Assembly (NCBI GenBank): GCA_037443035.1 | Contig: JBBIPC010000011.1 | Coordinates: forward strand, 23,367 to 87,366 | Source: Chthonomonadales bacterium | Lineage (GTDB): Bacteria > Armatimonadota > Chthonomonadetes > Chthonomonadales > CAJBBX01 | Direction of reading: 5' to 3' | DNA: 64,000 nucleotides | Part shown: positions 1 to 8,965 of the stretch, piece by piece | Layout: the number at the start of each line of letters is the position of its first letter | Position numbering within the stretch: position 1 is the stretch's first letter | Notes under the pieces: model-generated | Told to the model about the DNA's origin: nothing | What the model saw: only the letters and a program-made list of their open reading frames with translations | Database searches by the model: none | Program-made: the position numbers and the translations under genes

Positions 1-140
1 TACTCAACGACCGGTCGCGTCGCGGCAGTCAAGGACCGGTTGTGCAGCGGCACTGAGCGATGGGTTGCGTCGCAGCATTCAACGACCGGTCGCGTCGTGG
101 CAACTGACGACCGGTTGCGCGGTGCCACTCAGCGACCGGG
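1..140. repeat. Degenerate 25-bp tandem repeat array, about 5.6 visible copies, possibly continuing left of the window
   Basis: Units at 1, 26, 51, 76, 101, 126: tactcaacgaccggtcgcgtcgcgg / cagtcaaggaccggttgtgcagcgg / cactgagcgatgggttgcgtcgcag / cattcaacgaccggtcgcgtcgtgg / caactgacgaccggttgcgcggtgc / cactcagcgaccggg. Consensus ~cactcaacgaccggttgcgtcgcgg; no spacers. Confidence 0.85.
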
Positions 141-163
141 AACGTCGCTACAACACGTTCCTG

Positions 164-2926
164 TCAATCGAGACGTATGCGCGAGAGCGACACCGTTACG
201 CCGGAGCGGTTGCACGGATCCAGCCGTAGGCTCGTGATGAGGCCGCGCCAGCGTCGGTTCGTGGAGAGGTCCACCCTGTACTCGTGCCATTGGCCGTCCA
301 GCTTCACCGGAAACCGCACGCTGGCTGCTTCCGAGGTCGAGGTCGAACGCGTCGTCCAGAAGACCTGCGCAGTATCCTCCGAAGGCGAACCAGCAGGAGG
401 TGTTAGCTTCATGCGAAGAACGAGCGTGCGGTGCGCTGTTGCAGCAACCTGCATGGGAGGTCCAAAGAAAGCCGGGTCGTCTCCTGTTGTCCTGGCGTGC
501 AGGGCGCCATCCTCTGTGCGGAAATCGGTCAGGTTCATGCCCGCATCCCATCCGGCAGGGTCCCTCGTGAGATCCCAGTCGCCACGCATGGCCGCCACAA
601 CGTCTACCTGCGGCGGAGCGTGTCCTACGTCGGCTGGTGTCAAGTCCACGTGCGCCTGTGGTGCGTCCGTGAAAACCTCGCGGATGGCGTCCAGATAACC
701 GAAACCGTAGTCCCGGGTCGGCTCGATGTAGGAACCCTCGCCGAACTCGTTCCATGCCTCGATGAGGGCGACCGGAAGGGCCTTCCCCGGATGCGTCTCG
801 ATGAAGCGCCTGGCGTCGAGAAGATGCCGGCGGAATAGCTCCGGCGTACGGCCCGACCGGACCATGGCAGTATCTCCGTGCCATGGTCTGCTGTCCCACC
901 CTCCTGACACGGGTGTCATGATGGGCAGTGGCCCCGCAGCCGCCATGCGCTCCCAATGAGCGCGATGGGGCTCGAGCAGGTCGGCGTAGGGCGCCACTCG
1001 CTGATTGCCTGACATGCCAAGACCCGGCCAGTTGTATGCGGAGATGGCGTCGTATCCCTCCGCTGCCGCGGCCGCGTGTTCCGACGTGTCGCCACCCACA
1101 CACGCGATGAGATAGAGTCCCGGCAGGCCGGCTTTCCGGCATTCCTCCCGCATTGCTTCGAACGCACGGCGGACGGCTTCCGAGCCCATGTCCGCGCGAA
1201 ATCGGTGGGGGGTGAAGATGATCACCACCGGCTTGCCTTCGATCGTGTAGTACTCAGGGCGGCGGAAGTAGTTCTCGATCCAGTACCGCACCACTGCCAT
1301 GAAGTCCTCATGGGAGGACGTACCTGGTGGATTGTGATTGGCCCAGAGAAGGCAGAACTTCAGGTACCGGCGGAAGTGTGCGTTGAAGAGACCATTGTGC
1401 AGCGCATGTTCCAGCGAACGCGCGCCTGCGGACCAGTACCAGTCATAAGCGAAGAACGTGATGCCGTGCTCTGCGGCCCACTTGATCTGCCAGTCGGCGA
1501 CGGAAGGGTCCCCCTCCCGGTACCATCCGAGAACCGGCCTGCGTTCAGGGTAACGTGTGATAGGCGCCCACTGGCCAGCCGTGCGCCAGCCAGGGAAGTA
1601 GTAGACACCCACGTCGAGCTTACCACGGACCGGCCTCGGCTCCGGCGGAGCACCTGTGAGGGCGACAGTGGGTCTTGGAGTGATCTGCACCACGCACGTG
1701 GCGACGGCATTCGTTCGACCTCTATCCAGGACGCGCAGGGGTACGCGGTAGGTACCCGGTCTCGCGAACTTTATGGTGCATGAGACGGTGTGTTCCTCGC
1801 CATACCGCAGTGGAGGCACGGCCACGCGTACGGTGCGTCCTACCGAGGTGGCCTTGCCCCGCGTATCCGTCGTTCCCCCGTCAGGCAGGTCGAACGCAGC
1901 TTCAACCCGTCGCGAGATTTCGCCTCCGGCGTTCCAGAGACGAGCTGTGAATTGGACAGGTCTGCCTGCACGAGGGAGGGCCTCTGCCGCGTCGAACGAC
2001 TGGATGCGGACGTCGGCAGGACCCTGGGGACGATCGGAAACGCGTAACGTATGAACCGTCAAGACACCAGAAGGGCGGAGGCCGATGCCGACAATGTGCC
2101 CCTTCCACGCGGGGTGACCGAGCCCATCGAGGTTGTAGACACGGCGTTTGCCGTCCGCCACAACGCTGAACGGGATTTCCTGAAGCCCGAAAGCGGCATC
2201 GGTAGCGAACACCAGTGACGGCCGTGCCGGCTTGCTGGCGGAGGCTTCCACCGATATGCACGTGAGTGCGTCGGCATCGAGGGATGGCAGCGGGGCCAGG
2301 GCGAAGCCATCTTCAGCGGAACGTTCGAGCACGAGACCATTGGTGGTGGTACGGGCCGTCACGTAATGGAGCGGCACCATGAGAGCCGCGTCTCGCGGCA
2401 TGATCAGGGACGCGGACGACGGCTTCGGTACAGGCCATTCCAGAATCCGCATGGAACCCAACGCAAATCTCGCACCGCCGAAGGGATCGAAGCGCAAACG
2501 GATGATCCGCCCCGCTTTCTGCCAGAACGGGAAGACCCGATAGGTGTGCCACTTGCCGTCTCCTAGTACGCTGAAACGGCTGACCTTCTCCTGGGAGAAT
2601 CCGCCATAGGGGCCTTCCCTAGTCTCGGTCCAGAAGATCTCGACGAGACCCGGCTGATCAGCCTGCATGGTTACTTCGAGCGCTTGCCAAGCGCTGGCGG
2701 GGATGCTGATGCTGGAGCGCAACACGAGTATCGGGTCTCCGCCGGTGGTGCGGAACTCTACACCCTCCGGCGTTTGCCGAACACCGGCGATCTGCTCGTT
2801 GGGGACCCAGGCCGAGAGGCCCTCCTTGCCCTGCCACTCCCACACCGTACGTACCTGCGCTGCACCCTGGCTGCCAGCCAGCGGCAGAACGGTAAGGACA
2901 ACCGCCATGAGGACGACTCTGGTCAT
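164..2926 (-). CDS. Secreted glycoside hydrolase family 99-like (WbsX-type) protein with repeated CBM-like beta-sandwich domains and a CARDB-like Ig domain
   Basis: Signal peptide (MTRVVLMAVVLTVLPLAGSQGAAQ); catalytic-region motifs VGVYYFPGW, PVLGWYREGDPSVADWQIKWAAEHGITFFAYDWYW, FCLLWANHN, GWDSRPW, IEAWNEFGEGSYIEP. Confidence 0.8.
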   Translation of the reverse strand: MTRVVLMAVVLTVLPLAGSQGAAQVRTVWEWQGKEGLSAWVPNEQIAGVRQTPEGVEFRTTGGDPILVLRSSISIPASAWQALEVTMQADQPGLVEIFWTETREGPYGGFSQEKVSRFSVLGDGKWHTYRVFPFWQKAGRIIRLRFDPFGGARFALGSMRILEWPVPKPSSASLIMPRDAALMVPLHYVTARTTTNGLVLERSAEDGFALAPLPSLDADALTCISVEASASKPARPSLVFATDAAFGLQEIPFSVVADGKRRVYNLDGLGHPAWKGHIVGIGLRPSGVLTVHTLRVSDRPQGPADVRIQSFDAAEALPRAGRPVQFTARLWNAGGEISRRVEAAFDLPDGGTTDTRGKATSVGRTVRVAVPPLRYGEEHTVSCTIKFARPGTYRVPLRVLDRGRTNAVATCVVQITPRPTVALTGAPPEPRPVRGKLDVGVYYFPGWRTAGQWAPITRYPERRPVLGWYREGDPSVADWQIKWAAEHGITFFAYDWYWSAGARSLEHALHNGLFNAHFRRYLKFCLLWANHNPPGTSSHEDFMAVVRYWIENYFRRPEYYTIEGKPVVIIFTPHRFRADMGSEAVRRAFEAMREECRKAGLPGLYLIACVGGDTSEHAAAAAEGYDAISAYNWPGLGMSGNQRVAPYADLLEPHRAHWERMAAAGPLPIMTPVSGGWDSRPWHGDTAMVRSGRTPELFRRHLLDARRFIETHPGKALPVALIEAWNEFGEGSYIEPTRDYGFGYLDAIREVFTDAPQAHVDLTPADVGHAPPQVDVVAAMRGDWDLTRDPAGWDAGMNLTDFRTEDGALHARTTGDDPAFFGPPMQVAATAHRTLVLRMKLTPPAGSPSEDTAQVFWTTRSTSTSEAASVRFPVKLDGQWHEYRVDLSTNRRWRGLITSLRLDPCNRSGVTVSLSRIRLD

Positions 2927-3099
2927 GCCCGTTGTCTCCTTCTCGGGATTCCTGGGTAACCATACCCTACCAGGGAGACTCCAACTCCCGCGTTGCGTAT
3001 CGCTGTCCTCGTGCGTCCGAATCGTGATAGAATAGGTCGTCTGGCGTGACTTCGGCGAAGCCGCGCGAGTGTCACCTCGTCTTCAGAAAGGTGCGGATC

Positions 3100-4461
3100 A
3101 TGGCCCAGGTCGTCGGCGGCACGAACAAGAAGTTCCGGCTGATCCTTCGCGAGGGTGGCGTTGCCCGGGAGATGGGCGGCGAGTCGCTGGCCCTAGGGGT
3201 GTCCATCGTAGACCGTATCTTCACGGAAGCGCTGGACGGGTCGGCATCGGACGTCCACATACAGCCCGAACGGGATCGCACGCGCATACGCTTTCGCATC
3301 GACGGTGTGATGCACCAGATCGGGTACTTCCCGAACGAACACGTCGCGAGCGTCCTGGCCCGGATCAAGCTCGCCGCCGGCATGCACATAGACGAGCGGC
3401 GGATCCCGCAAGACGGCCGGATTGACATGGAGTACGCTGGAAGACGGTTCAGCGCCCGTGTCTCGGTGCTCCCTAGCCTGAACGGCGAGAAGGTCGTCAT
3501 CCGCCTCCTCGATCCGGCCAGCGTCCGTGTGGACATCAACCAGCTTGGCATGCCCGATGACATCCTCAAGCAGTGGCTAAGGGTGATCCAGACGCCGTAC
3601 GGCATGATCATCGTGACGGGTCCCACCGGCTCGGGCAAGACATCCACGCTCTATGCTTCCATCAACCGCCTGGACCGACAGCGGAAGAACATCGTCACCG
3701 TGGAAGATCCCATCGAGTACGAGTTTCAGGACAACATCACGCAGGTGCAAGTCACCGAGAAGATGGGCTTCGCCCGCGTCATGCGCTCCTTCCTTCGGCA
3801 GGACCCGGACGTCATGATGGTGGGCGAGATGCGGGATCCCGAATCGCTTTCCATCGGCATCCAGGCGAGCCTGACCGGTCACCTCGTGCTCACGACGCTC
3901 CACACCAACAACGCCGTCGAAACGCTTGGGCGGATGATGGACATGGGCGGCGAACCGTACCTGGTGGCGTCCACGGTGCTATGCATCCTTGCTCAACGTC
4001 TCGTGAGGGTCATCTGCCCTGAGTGCAAGGAACGCTACGAGCCCTCCCTGGACGAGCTGCTCGCCCTTGGCATGACACCCCAGGCGGCCAGGGAGCACAC
4101 GTTCTATCGGGGCAGGGGGTGCAAATCCTGCCGTGAAACCGGCTTCAAAGGGCGCACAGGAGTCTTCGAGCTGCTCATGAACACGCCTGCGCTGAAGCAG
4201 CTCATCGCCCAGCGTGCCACGGCGATGGACATGCATCGCCTGGCCCGCGGTCAGGGCTTCCGCACCATGATGGAGGATGGACTTCAGAAAGTGCTCGCTG
4301 GCGTGACCACGCCCGAGGAAGTCATCCACGCCGTGTACACCGCGGCCATGCTGGAGACCGCCGAGGCGCCGCCGTCTGAACAGACCGATTTCGCCGAGGG
4401 CGCCGACGGGGAAACCGTGACGGAATCTCCTATCACATCGGATGCTGCAGTCGCGAACTGA
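3100..4461 (+). CDS. GspE/PilB-family secretion/pilus assembly ATPase
   Basis: ASDVHIQP, DERRIPQDGRI, Walker A GPTGSGKT, VTVEDPIEY, LRQDPDVMMVGEMRD, TGHLVLTTLHTN, CPEC...CKSC zinc motif. Start placed at ATG 3100 after GAAAGGTG. Confidence 0.92.
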   Translation: MAQVVGGTNKKFRLILREGGVAREMGGESLALGVSIVDRIFTEALDGSASDVHIQPERDRTRIRFRIDGVMHQIGYFPNEHVASVLARIKLAAGMHIDERRIPQDGRIDMEYAGRRFSARVSVLPSLNGEKVVIRLLDPASVRVDINQLGMPDDILKQWLRVIQTPYGMIIVTGPTGSGKTSTLYASINRLDRQRKNIVTVEDPIEYEFQDNITQVQVTEKMGFARVMRSFLRQDPDVMMVGEMRDPESLSIGIQASLTGHLVLTTLHTNNAVETLGRMMDMGGEPYLVASTVLCILAQRLVRVICPECKERYEPSLDELLALGMTPQAAREHTFYRGRGCKSCRETGFKGRTGVFELLMNTPALKQLIAQRATAMDMHRLARGQGFRTMMEDGLQKVLAGVTTPEEVIHAVYTAAMLETAEAPPSEQTDFAEGADGETVTESPITSDAAVAN

Positions 4462-4527
4462 AGCGACAGTGAGTCTGCAGGGTTTCTCGGTCGGATGGGT
4501 AGACGAGGGAGTCCCTTGTCAGCGTAA

Positions 4528-4809
4528 ATGAGGACGAAGGCGAATCAGGTCTGCGCATACTGCGGGTCATCCGAGGACATGACCGTGGACCACGTCGTGC
4601 CTCTGTCCCGAGCGCGAGAGTTCCACATTCGGCGAAGTGTGCTGGATAACAAGTCCAACCGCGTTCCCTGTTGTAGGGCGTGCAATGCCGCCAAAGGGAA
4701 TATGCATCCTCGCGAGTGGCTGGAGGCGCATCCTGAGTACCGCAAACGGTTCGTCGTAGCGGCAAGGTATCTCTCGGATACCGTGCGCGCCATAGCGGGA
4801 ATCGACTAG
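4528..4809 (+). CDS. Small HNH endonuclease
   Basis: CAYCG...TVDHVVPLSR...N...CCRACNAAKG, the zinc-binding HNH signature; 93 aa. Confidence 0.85.
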   Translation: MRTKANQVCAYCGSSEDMTVDHVVPLSRAREFHIRRSVLDNKSNRVPCCRACNAAKGNMHPREWLEAHPEYRKRFVVAARYLSDTVRAIAGID

Positions 4810-4867
4810 TGGCAGAAACACCCCTGCACGATCGGTACCGGTACTCGGGGACGTCTGCGTGGAGACC

Positions 4868-4943
4868 TGGCTGCCGGACCAGGGCTCGAACCTGGAACCT
4901 GCTGATCCAGAGTCAGCTGCTCTGCCAGTTGAGCTATCCGGCA
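4868..4943 (-). tRNA. tRNA-Gln (anticodon CTG)
   Basis: Reverse complement TGCCGGATAGCTCAACTGGCAGAGCAGCTGACTCTGGATCAGCAGGTTCCAGGTTCGAGCCCTGGTCCGGCAGCCA: acceptor stem TGCCGGA/TCCGGCA, anticodon arm GCTGA-CTCTGGA-TCAGC, T-loop GTTCGAG, encoded CCA. Confidence 0.95.
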
Positions 4944-5057
4944 ACATACGTATAGTACCGCGGCAGACGGGGCCATTGTCAATGGCCGTGGCGCTGCGGT
5001 GCAGCGAGGGACGCTGACAGTGTACTGTGGGGAGAACAAGACGAGGAGGAAAGGTCC

Positions 5058-6941
5058 ATGCGCAACCGAGTCCTTCTGGGGGTGGGTGGGGTGTGCCTGC
5101 TGGGGGCCTGGGCTGCCATCGCCAGGCAAGATCCCAAGGCATATCCTGACTATGCAGTCCCCCGTCTCGAGGGAATAACGATCGCGGGTCTGCCGGCGGT
5201 GACGGGCAGGATTCACGTGGACCAGTTCGGGTACCTGCCTGGCGAAACGAAAGTCGCTATTGTCAGCAATCCCGTTCGCGGTTACAACGCCGGCGACTCC
5301 TACACGCCTGGTGAGACGCTGGAAGTGCGCAGCACGGCCGGAGGGAAAGTGGTGTTCAGCGGGAAGCCCAAGGCGTGGCACAACGGCGCCATCCACGAGG
5401 ACTCCGGCGATCGAGGGTGGTGGTTCGACTTCTCTGCCGTCAAGGCGTCCGGCCGGTATTACGTCTACGATCCATCCAAGCGCCTGCGGTCTCCTTGCTT
5501 CCGAGTCGGCCGCGATGTCTACGGTCCAGTGCTACGTGCAGCATGCAGGACCTTCTTCTACCAGCGACTCTCCTATGAGATAAGGCCTCCGTTCGCAGAG
5601 GCACCCTGGATCTTACCGGCCTACATGAACCAGGACCGGAGGGCGCGTGCAGTATGGGCCAAGAACGATCCTTCCACGGAGCGGGATCTATCGGGCGGGT
5701 GGATGGACGCTGGCGACACCAACAAGTATCCGCCGTTCAACGCGGATACCCTCAGCTCGCTCCTCTATGCCTACCGTGACAACCCGGCGGCCTTCCCGGA
5801 TAACTGGGGCATACCCGAGTCCGGTAACGGACGGCCGGACCTTCTGGATGAGGTGAAGTACCAGCTCGACTGGCTTGTCAAGATGCAGGATAGCGATGGC
5901 GGTGTCTTCGTCAAGATGGGCGATATCGCCAACAGCGGTTCGGCGCGACCGCGGTATTACGGCCCCAAGTGCACGGGTGCGACCATTGCCACAGCCATGA
6001 ACTTCGCCCACGCCGCACGCGTGTACGGCCGGTTTCCGGCCTGGAAAGCGTTCGCGACCGACCTTCGCCGGCGAGCGGAGCATGCCTGGGCCTACTATCG
6101 CACGCACCCGCGGACCTACAACTCCGACACTGGCGAGATACGCGCCGGCATCGCCAATCGCAACGCAGAAGAGCAGGATCGGTTGGAAGCCATGGCCGCC
6201 ATCCATCTCTACGCGCTGACCGGCAAGCGAGAGTACCACGAGGCAGTCGTGAGCAAAGCGCCCAAGGCTCGACAGCTCGCTGAGGGCATCTGGATCCCTT
6301 ACGAAGCGGGTATGGCCGAGGCGCTGACCGACTACCTATCGCTGCCGAACGCCGATGCGCAGCTCGCTCGACGCATTCGACGCCAGCTCAGCGTATCCGC
6401 CGTCCACGAACGTTTCGCTCCTCCGGCGGACGCTGACCTGTACCGCGCATGGATGAACCCCGAAGCCTACCACTGGGGTAGCAACACAGTACGAGCGTCC
6501 TTCGGATTCGCGGCTCTGCTGGCGGCACAGCACGGTGAGGTTTCCCCGGCGGTGAGGGGGCGACTACAGCAGCGTGCCCGAGACATGCTCCACTCCTTTC
6601 ACGGGGTAAATCCGCTGAGTGCGGTCATGCTCACGAATATGAAGCGCCTCGGCGCGGAGCTCTCTATGAGCCGCATCTGGCACGAGCGGTTCAACTACGA
6701 TACACCGTTCGCCAGCAACCCGCCTCCCGGCTACGTGGTGGGCGGCCCCAATCAGAGCTACGGTGGACGGAGAGGGGAGCGGGGCGGCGAAGTGGATTGG
6801 ATCAGGCAGCAGCCACGGGCAAAGGCCTATGCCGACTTCAACGAACCATGGCCCAAGAATAGCTGGGAGCTGACCGAGAACGCCATCTACTACCAGGCCG
6901 CGTACATTCGCTTGCTTGCAGGGGTCATGAGGACGCGGTAA
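5058..6941 (+). CDS. Glycoside hydrolase family 9 with N-terminal Ig-like domain
   Basis: Signal peptide; HVDQFGYLPGETKVA (CelD-type N-terminal Ig); DLSGGWMDAGDTNKY; PDLLDEVKYQLDWLVKMQD; C-terminal WELTENAIYYQAAY. Confidence 0.9.
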   Translation: MRNRVLLGVGGVCLLGAWAAIARQDPKAYPDYAVPRLEGITIAGLPAVTGRIHVDQFGYLPGETKVAIVSNPVRGYNAGDSYTPGETLEVRSTAGGKVVFSGKPKAWHNGAIHEDSGDRGWWFDFSAVKASGRYYVYDPSKRLRSPCFRVGRDVYGPVLRAACRTFFYQRLSYEIRPPFAEAPWILPAYMNQDRRARAVWAKNDPSTERDLSGGWMDAGDTNKYPPFNADTLSSLLYAYRDNPAAFPDNWGIPESGNGRPDLLDEVKYQLDWLVKMQDSDGGVFVKMGDIANSGSARPRYYGPKCTGATIATAMNFAHAARVYGRFPAWKAFATDLRRRAEHAWAYYRTHPRTYNSDTGEIRAGIANRNAEEQDRLEAMAAIHLYALTGKREYHEAVVSKAPKARQLAEGIWIPYEAGMAEALTDYLSLPNADAQLARRIRRQLSVSAVHERFAPPADADLYRAWMNPEAYHWGSNTVRASFGFAALLAAQHGEVSPAVRGRLQQRARDMLHSFHGVNPLSAVMLTNMKRLGAELSMSRIWHERFNYDTPFASNPPPGYVVGGPNQSYGGRRGERGGEVDWIRQQPRAKAYADFNEPWPKNSWELTENAIYYQAAYIRLLAGVMRTR

Positions 6942-6954
6942 GTGCGTGGCCGGA

Positions 6955-7494
6955 TCAGATACAGCCGCGCCGACGGAACCATGCCAGAAGCAGCCGCTCG
7001 AACGCCCGGCTGATCTTCGTGCCCACGAACTCGCGACGCGCCATGGGCCGGACCATGATCGTATAGAGGCCAAGCCTGTTACCACCGAAGACGTCCGTGA
7101 ACATCTGGTCACCGATCATGACGGTCTCGTTGGGGCTGACCTCGAGCGCCTGGAGGGCCGCCAGAAACCCCCTCCTGCGTGGCTTCCACGCCCGGCGGAC
7201 GAAGGGTATCCCTAGGCGTTCAGAAAGAAGCTCCAGGCGGTGGCCGTACCGCGTGTTGCTCACCAGATAAAGACGCAGACCTGCCTGCTTCAAGCCCTCC
7301 AGCCATCGTAGAACGAGTTTCGGAACATCGTGGCGCTGCCAGCCGACGAGGGTGTTGTCAAGATCCAGGAGTACGGCCTTCATGCCGAGCGACTTCAGCC
7401 ATTCCGGATCCACGTCGGTGACACTGTCGCAGAAATGGTGTGGACAGAGGAGCATGAGCCCTCGGCGTCTGCTGGTCCGTTGTGCTCGCGTCAT
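6955..7494 (-). CDS. yqeG: YqeG-family HAD IIIA phosphatase
   Basis: LLDLDNTL, VSN, AWKP, MIGDQMFTDVFGGNRLG; ATGA overlap with the mltG stop. Confidence 0.88.
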   Translation of the reverse strand: MTRAQRTSRRRGLMLLCPHHFCDSVTDVDPEWLKSLGMKAVLLDLDNTLVGWQRHDVPKLVLRWLEGLKQAGLRLYLVSNTRYGHRLELLSERLGIPFVRRAWKPRRRGFLAALQALEVSPNETVMIGDQMFTDVFGGNRLGLYTIMVRPMARREFVGTKISRAFERLLLAWFRRRGCI

Positions 7495-8522
7495 TGGCGG
7501 AGTTTGCGCATCTGTGCCACAGCGCGGTTGTGCTCCTCGAGTGTCCGGGTGAAGACGTGGGACCCGTCTGGCGAGGCAACGTAGTAGAGGAAATCATGTC
7601 TTGCCGGCCGGAGCGCTGCAAGCAGCGACGGAAGCCCTGGACACGCGATGGGGCCAGGCGGCAAGCCGGTGTGGAGATAAGTGTTATACGGCGACGGTGT
7701 CTGGAGATCCTTGTAACGCACGCGGTTCTTGTGTCTGCCCAGGGCATAGAGGACCGTGGCATCGATCTGAAGCCGCATGCCCTTTCTCAAGCGGTTCTCG
7801 ATGACACCTGCGATGAGCGGTCGGTCTTGTTCGACCTCGGCTTCTCGCTCGATCATGGATGCGATCGTGACCAGTTCGTGGAGGGAGTGGGGACTGCGCG
7901 CTATCTCCGCCGCGTAGGGCTCTGCGAACTGCCGGCTGAACTCCCGCAGCATGGTCTGTATAACTCTATCTGGCCTGCTGTTCGGTTCGAAATCGTATCC
8001 CGACGGGAAGAGATATCCCTCCAGGCCAGTCGGCGGCGTTGGGAATGGCAGTTCCACGCGGCCACGGGGATTTCGGGCAATGGCAAGGAACGTCCCGGTA
8101 TCCTGGATGATGCCTTCGGCTCGTAGCCGTTGAGCGATTCCTGTGATCGTGTAGCCTTCCGGAATGATGACCAACCCTTCGGAGTCCTGTCTGCCCAGGA
8201 CGAGGGTGTCCAGAATCTGCGACGGAGTCATGCTGCCCCTGAGGCGGTAGCGCCCTGCCCGTATCAGGTTGGCATCTCCTCGCCATCGGGCGTAAAGCAC
8301 GAAGACGCCGGCATGACGGATGAGTCGTTGCGACCGTAGCCGCCGCGCCACATCATCTATGGTGCTGCCTCGGTACACGCGGAACGCGACACTGGCCGAT
8401 GTACCAACGGGCTGGAGCTGAGCACTAACCCAGGCATAGGCGAGACCCGACAGACAGCCGGCCACGATGGCGGCGTAGATGACTATACGCGCCGTGCGGC
8501 GTCCCGACGAACGAGCTGTCAT
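7491..8522 (-). CDS. mltG: Endolytic transglycosylase MltG (YceG family)
   Basis: N-terminal TM; IIPEG; LEGYLFPSGYDF; VTIASMIERE; VIENRLRKGMRLQIDATVLYAL; SPYNTYLHTGLPPGPIACPG. Start moved to ATG 8522, overlapping the ruvX stop. Confidence 0.93.
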   Translation of the reverse strand: MTARSSGRRTARIVIYAAIVAGCLSGLAYAWVSAQLQPVGTSASVAFRVYRGSTIDDVARRLRSQRLIRHAGVFVLYARWRGDANLIRAGRYRLRGSMTPSQILDTLVLGRQDSEGLVIIPEGYTITGIAQRLRAEGIIQDTGTFLAIARNPRGRVELPFPTPPTGLEGYLFPSGYDFEPNSRPDRVIQTMLREFSRQFAEPYAAEIARSPHSLHELVTIASMIEREAEVEQDRPLIAGVIENRLRKGMRLQIDATVLYALGRHKNRVRYKDLQTPSPYNTYLHTGLPPGPIACPGLPSLLAALRPARHDFLYYVASPDGSHVFTRTLEEHNRAVAQMRKLRQ

Positions 8523-8965
8523 GGCGATGCGGCGTCCTTGGCGGCCAGGTAGTCGCGGAGAATCATCGCAGCCGCCAGGGCGTCGACGTGCTGTTTCCAG
8601 TCCTGGCGACGCAGCCTGCCTTCCTTGAGGCATTCTTCTGCCTCGAAGGTGGTCAGCCTCTCGTCCTGGAGGAATACGGGCAGACGGAGGTGTGCCTTGA
8701 GCAGATCCGCGAACTCGGCGGCACGGTGGGCTTGAGCGCCCCACTCGCCGGCAAGTGTCAGCGGAAGCCCGACGACAATCTCCACAACCTCCAGGTCACG
8801 GACAACCTGTCGCAGTGCCTGCAAGTCCTTTCGGTAGCCCTTGGCCTGACGGGCTATCGTACGGAGTGGCTGTGCGATGGTCTGCGTCTCATCAGAAACG
8901 GCAAGGCCGATGGTACGCGTACCGACATCGAGCGCCAGGATGCGTCCGGCGGAGCTTCCCATCAT
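8519..8965 (-). CDS. ruvX: YqgF/RuvX Holliday-junction-resolvase-like protein (pre-16S rRNA nuclease)
   Basis: [40 protein letters not shown]. Confidence 0.92.
   Translation of the reverse strand: MMGSSAGRILALDVGTRTIGLAVSDETQTIAQPLRTIARQAKGYRKDLQALRQVVRDLEVVEIVVGLPLTLAGEWGAQAHRAAEFADLLKAHLRLPVFLQDERLTTFEAEECLKEGRLRRQDWKQHVDALAAAMILRDYLAAKDAASP

Noticed and set aside
1..140. Possible CRISPR array
   Set aside because: Units are contiguous and degenerate with no unique spacers, and no cas genes are in the window.
4461..4868. Integrated element at tRNA-Gln
   Set aside because: No duplicated tRNA 3' end noticed, and no integrase or phage genes.
8523..8744. N-terminal extension of MltG (417-aa ORF)
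   Set aside because: Overlaps ruvX in another frame; the ATG at 8522 gives a normal TM-anchored MltG with an ATGA overlap.
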